Of a stretch of DNA of 12,372 nt, positions 1-7,212 are shown piece after piece; position 1 is the stretch's first letter; every line of letters starts with the position of its first letter. Source of the stretch: Planctomycetes bacterium RIFCSPLOWO2_12_38_17 (lineage in GTDB: Bacteria; Planctomycetota; Brocadiia; Brocadiales; Brocadiaceae). The stretch spans positions 1 to 12,372 of the forward strand of contig MHYY01000153.1 in the NCBI GenBank assembly GCA_001830285.1, written 5' to 3'. The notes under the pieces were generated by a model. It saw only the letters and a program-made list of their open reading frames with translations. It was not told the DNA's origin and did not search any database. Made by a program: the position numbers and the translations under genes.

Positions 1-601
1 ACATACCACAAGCCTTATCCGTATTTTTATAACATGACCAACTTATATGCAATGGTGCATCCAGAGAGACACCTATTTTTATAATTTCTGATTTCTTCTT
101 ATTTATAAGTGGAGTTTCCACTTCAATACAAGTTGTTGGTTTTGTTCCTAATTTTATTAATTTATTGAAGACGTCATAATAGGCTTGTTTACAATCAGGA
201 TAACCAGGACTGTCTTGTTCTACAGCACCAATAAATATCTTCTTTGCCCCTATTACCTCTCCCCACGAGACGGCAATTGTTAAGAAAAGTGTGTTCCTGA
301 ATGGGACATAAGATGTAGGAATTTCTTTGCTATCAGGATTTGCAACCTGGACATCAATATTTGAGTCCGTCAGGCTTGATCCTCCAACCTTACAAAGGTA
401 GTCAATATTTGCTGTAAGAATTCTGTTCCCTGGAATATTGTAAAAAGAGGCAATATCGTAAAATGCCTTAAGCTCCCTCGATTCTGTACGCTGACCGTAA
501 TTAACATGCAATAAAGCAAGTTGATATTGTTTGCTTGCTATCGCCGTTGCTACACAGCTATCTATACCGCCGCTTAACAGCACAATAGCAATATCTTTCA
601 T
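1..601 (-). CDS. queC: 7-cyano-7-deazaguanine synthase QueC. It is partial: the C-terminal end runs off the window at position 1.
   Basis: I translated the minus strand by hand from the ATG at 601-599. This gives MKDIAIVLLSGGIDSCVATAIASKQYQLALLHVNYGQRTE..., which contains the PP-loop SGGxDS motif. Further in come ...FIGAVEQDSPGYPDCKQA... and, at the window edge, ...DKACGM, the start of the C-terminal Cys zinc cluster. The frame stays open for all 200 codons. The gene is missing from the ORF track because it has no stop codon in the window. It begins 4 nt downstream of the queE stop, which suggests one operon. Confidence 0.9.
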   Translation of the reverse strand, partial: MKDIAIVLLSGGIDSCVATAIASKQYQLALLHVNYGQRTESRELKAFYDIASFYNIPGNRILTANIDYLCKVGGSSLTDSNIDVQVANPDSKEIPTSYVPFRNTLFLTIAVSWGEVIGAKKIFIGAVEQDSPGYPDCKQAYYDVFNKLIKLGTKPTTCIEVETPLINKKKSEIIKIGVSLDAPLHISWSCYKNTDKACGM

Positions 602-605
602 TTTG

Positions 606-1241
606 TTATACACCCCTAGTATCTGGTTCCCAGATATATTTATGTAGCTGAAGTTGGAATCTTACATTAAGATCGTCTTCCAGAATCCATTTAACCACAT
701 TCTTTGGATAGGTTGTACCAAATACAGTTCCTATCAAGACGTTTGTAATTTCAGATAAATTATATTTCTTTATTATATCTTTTGCCCAGTCATAATCGTT
801 TCTTGAATTTAATACAAATTTTACTTCATCAATTTTTGAAAGGTACTCAATATTCTTCCAGTTCATGAGGTGTGTCATGTAACTGTCTGGGCATTTTATA
901 TCCATTATTTTAATAGCTTCTTTTGAAATTATGCTGATATCGCAACTCCCATTTGTCTCAACCATAACTGTATGTTTTTTATTTATAAGTTCAGTAATTA
1001 AATAGGGCGTTTCAATGTTAAATAAAGGCTCACCGCCAGTTACACAAACTAATTTTGACCTTAGCGTATCAACGCTTTCAATAATTGAATTAATTGACAT
1101 TTCTTTCCCATCTTCAAAGGCATAAGTAGTATCACAGTAACTACAGCGCAAGTTACAGCCAGTTATACGAATAAAAATGCATGGTAAGCCCGCATATGAA
1201 GTTTCACCCTGAATACTCTTAAAGATTTCATTAATTTTCAT
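606..1241 (-). CDS. queE: 7-carboxy-7-deazaguanine synthase QueE (radical SAM)
   Basis: The 211-aa ORF has the N-terminus MKINEIFKSIQGETSYAGLPCIFIRITGCNLRCSYCDT. This is the QueE-type IFxSIQGE signature followed by the CxxxCxxC radical SAM cluster motif. Its size and its position next to queC both fit. Confidence 0.93.
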   Translation of the reverse strand: MKINEIFKSIQGETSYAGLPCIFIRITGCNLRCSYCDTTYAFEDGKEMSINSIIESVDTLRSKLVCVTGGEPLFNIETPYLITELINKKHTVMVETNGSCDISIISKEAIKIMDIKCPDSYMTHLMNWKNIEYLSKIDEVKFVLNSRNDYDWAKDIIKKYNLSEITNVLIGTVFGTTYPKNVVKWILEDDLNVRFQLQLHKYIWEPDTRGV

Positions 1242-1467
1242 GAGATGTATAAAATACTTAATTAATTTTAAATCGTAAATATTAATATTTCAATTTACTG
1301 TTTTATTATACTATAAATAAAATTTATTTAATCAATTATTTCATAACATTTATACTTAAATTAAGTTGAAATACAATTTCAAATAGCTTATATTCATTCC
1401 CGAATGAAATGTTACAAAATAATTATTTATATAAATTTATTGTTCATATTTTTAAGGAGGATAAATT

Positions 1468-2070
1468 ATGTCAACAATTATAAAAGATGATATTTTGCAA
1501 AAAAAGAGCAAGGAAACAGGTGGCAAAGAAAAAGTTAATAAAATAATGGATACAATTGTTGAATCATCATTGCATCCGACTATTGTTAAACCTGAAAAAC
1601 AAGCACCATCTGGACCAGCCAAACCCTCAAAAATAATTGCTAAACAAAATATTTTTAGCGGTGTAGTATTAATAGAGGGAGAAAATGCTGAAGACCTTAA
1701 TGATATAAAAGGAAGGCTTATAAATGAGCTAAAACCTTCGAATGAGATAGAGTCAATCATAGTAGACCGTATTATTTCTAATATATGGAGATTAAAGAGA
1801 TGTCTGAATATTGAGAGTCAGATTCTTGAGTATGAAACATCTTGTATTCAGGAATACAAACAAGGACTCTTTAGAGTCAAAAAAAGGACAGAAAAGGAAT
1901 TGAATCAATTAAAAGCCTTAAAGATTGCCGAAAACAGAAACAAGATTAGGGAATTAATAAATTATGAAACAATATTGGAAGAGCAAACATTTAAGGCTTT
2001 AAATGAGTTAAACAAAGTCAGGAGTCAAGATTCGAAACAAGAAAATAAGGCAAAAAAAACGAAGAAATAA
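1468..2070 (+). CDS. Hypothetical protein. It is Lys/Glu-rich and predicted to be helical or coiled-coil in its C-terminal half. Function unknown.
   Basis: This is a 200-codon open frame in DNA where stop codons are frequent. A strong Shine-Dalgarno sequence, AAGGAGG (1454-1460), lies 7 nt upstream of the ATG at 1468. The protein has a Pro/Lys-rich N-terminal segment, a central ...ENAEDLNDIKGRLINELKPSNEIESIIVDRIISNIWRLKR... block and a Lys-rich tail. I recognise no catalytic motif. Confidence 0.7.
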   Translation: MSTIIKDDILQKKSKETGGKEKVNKIMDTIVESSLHPTIVKPEKQAPSGPAKPSKIIAKQNIFSGVVLIEGENAEDLNDIKGRLINELKPSNEIESIIVDRIISNIWRLKRCLNIESQILEYETSCIQEYKQGLFRVKKRTEKELNQLKALKIAENRNKIRELINYETILEEQTFKALNELNKVRSQDSKQENKAKKTKK

Positions 2071-2091
2071 TCTTTATAATAAAGTAAATTT

Positions 2092-2122
2092 AATAAATAA
2101 CTTTGGATAAAAGTTGTTTATT
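2092..2122 (+). terminator. Possible weak, AT-rich stem-loop downstream of the hypothetical gene
   Basis: AATAAATAACTTT (2092-2104), a GGATA loop, then AAAGTTGTTTATT (2110-2122). This forms a 13-bp stem with one G.U pair. The stem is almost all A/T and no clear U-tract follows, so it is only a weak terminator candidate. Confidence 0.3.
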
Positions 2123-2274
2123 GCAACATAATATATATTATCGGACGTTATAAATTTTGTATGCAATCTTATCGTATTTTAGTAAATACATCCTATTCTC
2201 CCCTTTTATTTGTTTGTTGATTTATTTATAGATAATTTTTCTTGAAAATACGTAATTTTGAATAAAAATTGTTA

Positions 2275-2303
2275 TTGACAATATAAAATATGTCTGCTAA
2301 TAT
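2275..2303 (+). promoter_or_regulatory. Sigma70-type promoter candidate for the ACP/lipid operon
   Basis: TTGACA (2275-2280), a 17-nt spacer, then TAATAT (2298-2303). A TG at 2295-2296 sits one base before the -10 hexamer, giving an extended -10 of TGcTAATAT. The upstream flank is A/T-rich and UP-element-like. The site lies about 78 nt upstream of the ACP start. The AT-rich background raises the chance of a false positive. Confidence 0.5.
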
Positions 2304-2380
2304 CTTCAACTTATGATATAAATGAGCTAATTTAAGTATTCATTTTTCAAATTTTGCAAGTTATAAAAAGGAGGCAAATT

Positions 2381-2650
2381 TTGAACGCAGGAGATGTTGA
2401 AAAAGGTGTCACGGCAATTGTTGCCGAAGTAACTGAGTTAGATGAAAAAGAAATCTGGGAAAAGCGGGATGCAAATTTCTTTAAAGACCTTGAGATAGAT
2501 TCACTTTTAGCACTTGAGATACTTGCACTTATTGAAAAGAAATTTAAAATACAAATCCCTGAAGAAAAACTTGTTGATATTACATCTTTAAGCGCTACAA
2601 TTGGTTTGACAAAGACTGTGTTAGCCGAGAGTGGCAAACTCACTTCCTAA
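2381..2650 (+). CDS. Acyl carrier protein, a dedicated cluster-specific ACP
   Basis: The phosphopantetheine attachment motif DLEIDSLLALE is present, with the Ser codon at 2501-2503, and the helical ACP pattern ...ILALIEKKFKIQIPEEKL... follows. The ORF track starts at a TTG at 2354. I prefer the in-frame TTG at 2381 because AAAGGAGG (2367-2374) sits 6 nt upstream of it. This gives an 89-aa protein of typical ACP size. Confidence 0.88.
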   Translation: MNAGDVEKGVTAIVAEVTELDEKEIWEKRDANFFKDLEIDSLLALEILALIEKKFKIQIPEEKLVDITSLSATIGLTKTVLAESGKLTS

Positions 2651-2680
2651 TTTTATTGATAGTTAATTTAGCATGTCATA

Positions 2681-2747
2681 AGTTTTTACCCCCATTTATA
2701 TCCTTCTATATTATTATGATGGAGATAAAGGGTGGTAAAACTTTTTT
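2681..2747 (+). terminator. Imperfect long hairpin plus T-tract between the ACP gene and fabZ. It may be a partial terminator or attenuator.
   Basis: AGTTTTTACCCCC (2681-2693) can pair, with bulges, with GGGTGGTAAAACT (2730-2742). TTTTTT (2742-2747) follows directly. The intervening segment can extend the stem (TATCCT with GGAGATA, one bulge). The structure sits inside the 151-nt ACP-fabZ spacer. Confidence 0.35.
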
Positions 2748-2801
2748 ATAGAAAAAGAAAATTAAATATTTAGTTAATTATAAATAGAGGTAAATATATC
2801 T

Positions 2802-3251
2802 ATGATACTATTTGAGGAAATTCGGAACCTACTACCTCAAAAATATCCTTTTTTGTTCATTGATAGGGTTGTTGAGTTTGAAGAAGGAAAGAAAATTGTT
2901 TGTGTGAAGAATGTCTCTGGAAACGAACCTGTTTTTGTTGGCCACTTTCCTGATTTTGCAATCATGCCGGGTGTTTTAATAATAGAAGCAATGGCACAGG
3001 CATCAATAATATTATTTAAAAAGAGTCTGGCTATTAAACATGGTGAGAACACAGTTTTTTTGCTTGCTTCTGTTAGTAATGCAAGATTCACGAAACCAGT
3101 TTTCCCAGGCGACCAGCTTTTAATTGAAATTATTGTTGAAAAGATTGTTTCAAAGGGAGCTATAGTTCACGCAACAGTAAATGTTGGCGAAAAAACAGTT
3201 GCAAAAGCTAATTTAACTTTCGGTATTGCTGAAAAAGGCACATTAATATAG
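2802..3251 (+). CDS. fabZ: 3-hydroxyacyl-ACP dehydratase, FabZ family (hot-dog fold)
   Basis: The 149-aa protein begins [57 protein letters not shown]. This aligns almost residue for residue with the E. coli FabZ core. The catalytic His (GHFP, codon 2943-2945) and Glu (IEAMAQ) are both present. GAGG (2787-2790) lies upstream of the ATG. Confidence 0.95.
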   Translation: MILFEEIRNLLPQKYPFLFIDRVVEFEEGKKIVCVKNVSGNEPVFVGHFPDFAIMPGVLIIEAMAQASIILFKKSLAIKHGENTVFLLASVSNARFTKPVFPGDQLLIEIIVEKIVSKGAIVHATVNVGEKTVAKANLTFGIAEKGTLI

Positions 3252-3255
3252 TTCT

Positions 3256-4473
3256 ATGAATAGACGCGTAGTAATAACAGGCGTGGGGATGATAACCCCT
3301 ATAGGTTCTGGTAAAGATGTCTTCTGGAAATCGCTTATCGCCGGAGAATCCGGGGTTGATAATGTAACATGTATTGATACATCTGAATATAAAGTTCATA
3401 AGGGATGTGAGGTTAAGAACTTTAATTATTCAAATTATATCAAGAACGGCGTACTTAAGAAGATCGGTAAAGGCTCACAGTTTGCTATAGCAGCTACAAA
3501 GCTTGCTCTGGATGATGCGAGAATTGATTTTAATAATATAGATTTGGAGAGAATTGGGGTTTCTATGGGAACAACTGCAGGTGAAATACAAATTCTTGAA
3601 AAAGTCAACTATATACGCCATAAAGAAGGAGAAGATAATGTAGACCCTGATTTATTTTTAATGCATCCGTGCAACAACATCCCTGCTAACATTGCAATCG
3701 AATTTGGTTTTAAAGGACCAAATACCATTATTCCTACTGCATGTGCAGCTGGTAATTATGCGATTGGATATGCTTATGACCTTATCAAATTTGGCAGAGT
3801 GGACTTGATGGTTGTTGGCGGCTCAGATCCGTTTTCTAAAGTTGCATACACAGGTTTTGCAAGGTTAGGAGCAATCGCACCTGAAATATGCCAGCCGTTC
3901 GATAAGAATAGAAAAGGAATGATGGTTGGTGAAGGCGCTGGGATGCTTCTTCTTGAGTCACTTGAACATGCACAAAAAAGAGGTGCTAACATTTATGCAG
4001 AAATTATAGGTTATGGTCTTAGTTGTGATGCATATCATATTACCATTCCGCATCCGGACGGCGAGGGTGTGGTTTCCGCTATGAAGAAAGCACTTCAAAG
4101 TGCAAACTTAAAACCTGAAGATGCTCAATATATTAGCGCTCATGGCACAGGAACTCCTTCAAATGATAAGGCAGAAACAATTTCAATAAAAAAAGTATTT
4201 GGTGACAAACCAAAGAATCTTGCCATTAGTTCAATAAAATCTATGATTGGGCATACTATGGGTGCGGCAAGCGCAATTGAGGCTATTACATGCGCGTTAG
4301 CTGTACAGAATGATATAATACCACCAACAATTAATTATGAGACGCCCGATCCCGAGTGCGACTTGGATTATGTTCCTAATGTAATGCGGAAGCAGAAGGT
4401 AAATATCGCACTAAACAATGCCCATGCATTTGGTGGGAACAATAGTTGTTTGGTCGTGAAAAAATTTACATAA
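3256..4473 (+). CDS. fabF: Beta-ketoacyl-ACP synthase, FabF/KAS II-like, catalytically intact (KS-alpha-like subunit)
   Basis: The 405-aa protein has a complete Cys-His-His triad. The Cys lies in [12 protein letters not shown] (codon 3742-3744), the first His in [14 protein letters not shown] and the second His in [15 protein letters not shown]. The C-terminus [14 protein letters not shown] is typical. The gene starts 4 nt after the fabZ stop. Confidence 0.93.
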   Translation: MNRRVVITGVGMITPIGSGKDVFWKSLIAGESGVDNVTCIDTSEYKVHKGCEVKNFNYSNYIKNGVLKKIGKGSQFAIAATKLALDDARIDFNNIDLERIGVSMGTTAGEIQILEKVNYIRHKEGEDNVDPDLFLMHPCNNIPANIAIEFGFKGPNTIIPTACAAGNYAIGYAYDLIKFGRVDLMVVGGSDPFSKVAYTGFARLGAIAPEICQPFDKNRKGMMVGEGAGMLLLESLEHAQKRGANIYAEIIGYGLSCDAYHITIPHPDGEGVVSAMKKALQSANLKPEDAQYISAHGTGTPSNDKAETISIKKVFGDKPKNLAISSIKSMIGHTMGAASAIEAITCALAVQNDIIPPTINYETPDPECDLDYVPNVMRKQKVNIALNNAHAFGGNNSCLVVKKFT

Positions 4474-4503
4474 TAAGAAATTTACTGCTTGTTAGAGTAT
4501 ATT

Positions 4504-5745
4504 ATGGAAAAAACAAGAATTGTTGTTACAGGTATTTCAGTCATCTCCCCTGTTGGGACAGGGAAAGATGAATTTTGGAAAAACTTGACAAATGGTGTAT
4601 CAGGTATAAAGCCTGTTACTCTGTTTGATGTGAGTAAGTTTAACAGTAAACAAGCCGGTGAGATAACTGATTTTGATGCAAAAGTGTATTTAGGACCAAA
4701 GGGCATTCGCCACATTGACAGGACTTCCCTGCTTGTATCTTCAGGGACTGTGCTTGCTTTCAGAGACGCCAACATTGAAAGCAATACTTATAGCGAAGAC
4801 GAATTAGGAATTGTTGTTGGCTCAACTTATGGGAGTATCGATAGTATTAGTTCGTTTGATTTTCAGTCTTTGCGTGAAGGTCCCAATTATGTTAATCCAA
4901 TGGATTTCCCCAATACAGTGTTGAATGCGCCTGCTAGCCGTGCCTCCATTTTCTGTAAAGCCAAAGGTCTTAACACTACGATTTCAAATGGTGTAACAAG
5001 CAGTATTGACGCTATTATTTATGCATCCGATTTTTTACGTATGGGTCGAGCAAGGGCAGTAGTCGCTGGTGGAGTACATGGATTAACCCATGATATATTC
5101 TGGGGTGCGCATAATTCAAAAATTTTAGCAGGAAGCAGGAATGGAACGCTGGAAATTAGCTCGCCTTTTGATAAAAGAAGAAACGGAATGATTATCGGTG
5201 AGGCTTCAGCACTTGTTTTCCTTGAGACACTGGAAGATGCACTTAAGAGAAATGCTCATATATATACAGAGATTAAAGGTTACGGAACTGCATTTGATCC
5301 AAAGATGTCTACAACAAAAAATTATCAGATTGAAGGCAACAAGCGTGCTATTATAGATGCAATAAAAAATGCCAATTTAACAGTACACGATATTTCCTGC
5401 ATTTATGCAAATGCATATTCAGGCGTCTATGGCGATATTATGGAAACGCTTGCTATTAAAGATGCATTTGGTATGAAATCAAAACTAATACCTGTAACAG
5501 CTATCAAGTCAATGACTGGGGAGTGTTTTGATGCATCTGGTGCTTTACAAACAATAGCCGCCATCATGTCAATTAGAACAAATACTATTCCACCCACAAT
5601 TAACTATAAGGAACCTGACCCCGAGTGTGATTTAGATTATGTACCTAATAATAGCAGGGTTGTTCCTGTTAAAAACGTGCTCATAAATTCATTTTCACGC
5701 CTTGGCAACAGTTCTGCCTTAATAATTTCAAAATACAAACAATAG
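4504..5745 (+). CDS. Ketosynthase paralogue lacking the catalytic triad. It is chain-length-factor / KS-beta-like.
   Basis: The protein has the thiolase/KS fold throughout: VVTGISVISPVGTGKDEFW at the N-terminus and INSFSRLGNSSALII at the C-terminus. The active-site Cys position reads TTISNGVTSSIDA (Val codon 4993-4995). His1 reads ANAYSGVYGD (Tyr) and His2 reads KSMTGECFDASGA (Glu). The ORF track starts at a TTG at 4489. I prefer the ATG at 4504 (MEKTRIVVTG), which matches the KS N-terminus, although neither start has a clear RBS. Confidence 0.85.
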   Translation: MEKTRIVVTGISVISPVGTGKDEFWKNLTNGVSGIKPVTLFDVSKFNSKQAGEITDFDAKVYLGPKGIRHIDRTSLLVSSGTVLAFRDANIESNTYSEDELGIVVGSTYGSIDSISSFDFQSLREGPNYVNPMDFPNTVLNAPASRASIFCKAKGLNTTISNGVTSSIDAIIYASDFLRMGRARAVVAGGVHGLTHDIFWGAHNSKILAGSRNGTLEISSPFDKRRNGMIIGEASALVFLETLEDALKRNAHIYTEIKGYGTAFDPKMSTTKNYQIEGNKRAIIDAIKNANLTVHDISCIYANAYSGVYGDIMETLAIKDAFGMKSKLIPVTAIKSMTGECFDASGALQTIAAIMSIRTNTIPPTINYKEPDPECDLDYVPNNSRVVPVKNVLINSFSRLGNSSALIISKYKQ

Positions 5746-5748
5746 TAC

Positions 5749-7203
5749 ATGTTATCATCAGAAGTAGGCATACAATCCACAAAGAGAAATAAAATATACT
5801 CACATTACGACGTTATTATAATTGGCGCAGGTATAGCAGGTCTTGTTTGTGGTGCATTTCTCGCCAGAAGTGGAAAGAAAGTACTCGTAGTTGAACAACA
5901 TTTTATTCCAGGTGGTTACTGCACATCTTTTAAAAGGAAGGGATTTAACTTTGATGCGGCAGTTCATCATATAGGAGGTTGCGGCAAGTGGAGCATTGTT
6001 GGTCGTTGTTTTAAAACACTCGGAATTGAGATGGATTTTTATCACCTCGATCCAATGGATAATTTAATCTTTCCAAGCTTCAATATAGAAATCCCCGCTG
6101 ATTTAGAGAAATACATATCACAGTTACAAAATCGCTATCCTTCTGAAAAAGAAAGTCTTAAGAATTTTTTTCAGGATTACGTGAAGTTATATCGGGCTAC
6201 GTTCAACATTGAAAAGAGTCAAATCATTGATAAATACAAAGACCAGACATACGCTGAGATGTTAAATAGTTTTTTTGGGAATGAAGAACTAAAGATGGTG
6301 CTTTCTGGTCAGTGGGGTTATATAGGTCTCCCCCCTACTCAAGCGTCTGCCGTCGGTATGTGTCAAATGATGATTAATTATTTAAAGGACGGTGCATTTT
6401 TTCCGGCTGGTGGCACTCAAGAGTTTACGAATGCAATTTTTAAGAAATTTATTGATTTCGGTGGACATGTCATGTTATCATCCGAAGCAAAAGAAATTCT
6501 TTTAGATAATAAAAGTGTAAAAGGTGTTAAATTACACGACGGCAAAGAGATACCTGCTAGCACAGTTGTTTCAAATATAGATGCATATCAAACTTTTTTT
6601 TGCTTACTTGATGGTAATATAGATGCAACCTTCCTTGAAAAAATTGGAAAAATGAAGGAAAGTTGTTCTTTTTCCCTTCTGTATCTTGGTTTAGGAGAAG
6701 AACCGGATTTAAGTAAATTAATTAGGGGTTTTTATCATACATCTATAGATACAGATGATATGGATAAAGAGTGGATGTATATTTCCGTCCCAACAAAGAT
6801 TTATCCAGGGTTGGCTCCAAAAAATAAACAAATAATATCAGTAGTTGTTTATTTTAAAGATGAATTGTATAATAATATTAGCAATTGGAACTCTTTTAAA
6901 GAAGAAATGACGACGAGAACTATTAGTCGTCTCGAATCATATGTTCCAAATATAAAAAATTATATCGAGGTTAAAGAAGCTGCTACGCCAAAAACTCTTG
7001 AGCGATATACTTTAAACAAGAATGGTGCCGCATATGGTTGGGCAGTTAGTGTTAATCAAATATGGGAAAACAGGTTACCCCAGAAAACGCCAATTAATAA
7101 TTTATATTTAACAGGCCACTGGACAAGACCCGGTCCTGGAATTTGTGCCGTTGTCTCTTCTGGCTGGGGTGTCTCAAATTTAATAATGGAGAATTGGAGG
7201 TAA
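5749..7203 (+). CDS. FAD-dependent oxidoreductase, phytoene desaturase (CrtI/CrtISO/RetSat-like) family
   Basis: The 484-aa protein has an N-terminal dinucleotide-binding fold, YDVIIIGAGIAGLVCGAFLARSGKKVLVVEQHFIPGGYCTSF, with GxGxxG at 5824-5841. The C-terminal segment NLYLTGHWTRPGPGICAVVSSG is the type of C-terminal FAD motif found in the CrtI family. The gene starts 3 nt after the preceding stop. I cannot tell from the sequence whether it acts as a desaturase, isomerase or saturase. Confidence 0.82.
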   Translation: MLSSEVGIQSTKRNKIYSHYDVIIIGAGIAGLVCGAFLARSGKKVLVVEQHFIPGGYCTSFKRKGFNFDAAVHHIGGCGKWSIVGRCFKTLGIEMDFYHLDPMDNLIFPSFNIEIPADLEKYISQLQNRYPSEKESLKNFFQDYVKLYRATFNIEKSQIIDKYKDQTYAEMLNSFFGNEELKMVLSGQWGYIGLPPTQASAVGMCQMMINYLKDGAFFPAGGTQEFTNAIFKKFIDFGGHVMLSSEAKEILLDNKSVKGVKLHDGKEIPASTVVSNIDAYQTFFCLLDGNIDATFLEKIGKMKESCSFSLLYLGLGEEPDLSKLIRGFYHTSIDTDDMDKEWMYISVPTKIYPGLAPKNKQIISVVVYFKDELYNNISNWNSFKEEMTTRTISRLESYVPNIKNYIEVKEAATPKTLERYTLNKNGAAYGWAVSVNQIWENRLPQKTPINNLYLTGHWTRPGPGICAVVSSGWGVSNLIMENWR

Positions 7204-7212
7204 ATAATAATT

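Noticed and set aside
1242-1460. A possible preQ1 riboswitch in the leader of the queE-queC operon (minus strand).
   Set aside because: I read the reverse complement and found neither the small conserved hairpin with a C-rich loop nor the A-rich ACUA-type tail typical of preQ1-I/II elements. The region is simply AT-rich. A TATAAT (forward 1305-1310) with a TTGATT 19 nt upstream may be a promoter, but the spacing is poor and the composition makes it unconvincing.
2130-2220. A small stem-loop, GTATTT-tagt-AAATAC, followed by a pyrimidine-rich run, upstream of the ACP promoter.
   Set aside because: The A/T-rich stem is only 6 bp and no proper U-tract follows. It is indistinguishable from chance structure in this composition.
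2354-2380. The N-terminal extensions implied by the ORF track for the ACP (TTG at 2354) and the dead KS (TTG at 4489).
   Set aside because: For the ACP, the extension would encode the Shine-Dalgarno sequence itself (KRRQ from AAAAGGAGGCAA), and the downstream TTG at 2381 is correctly spaced from it. For the KS paralogue, the ATG at 4504 gives the canonical KS N-terminus. Both choices remain unverified.
2347-2643. A 98-aa minus-strand ORF that almost exactly mirrors the ACP ORF. Similar antisense ORFs occur at 1452-1760, 2837-3091, 3208-3399, 3774-3992, 4482-4784, 5800-6045, 7056-7247, 7654-7887, 9014-9232, 9450-9770, 10039-10233, 11422-11604 and 11788-12009.
   Set aside because: Each lies fully inside, or across the junctions of, a plus-strand gene with unmistakable family motifs. 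Their translations are low-complexity (Ser/Ile/Phe-rich) and lack motifs and ribosome-binding sites. They are shadow ORFs.
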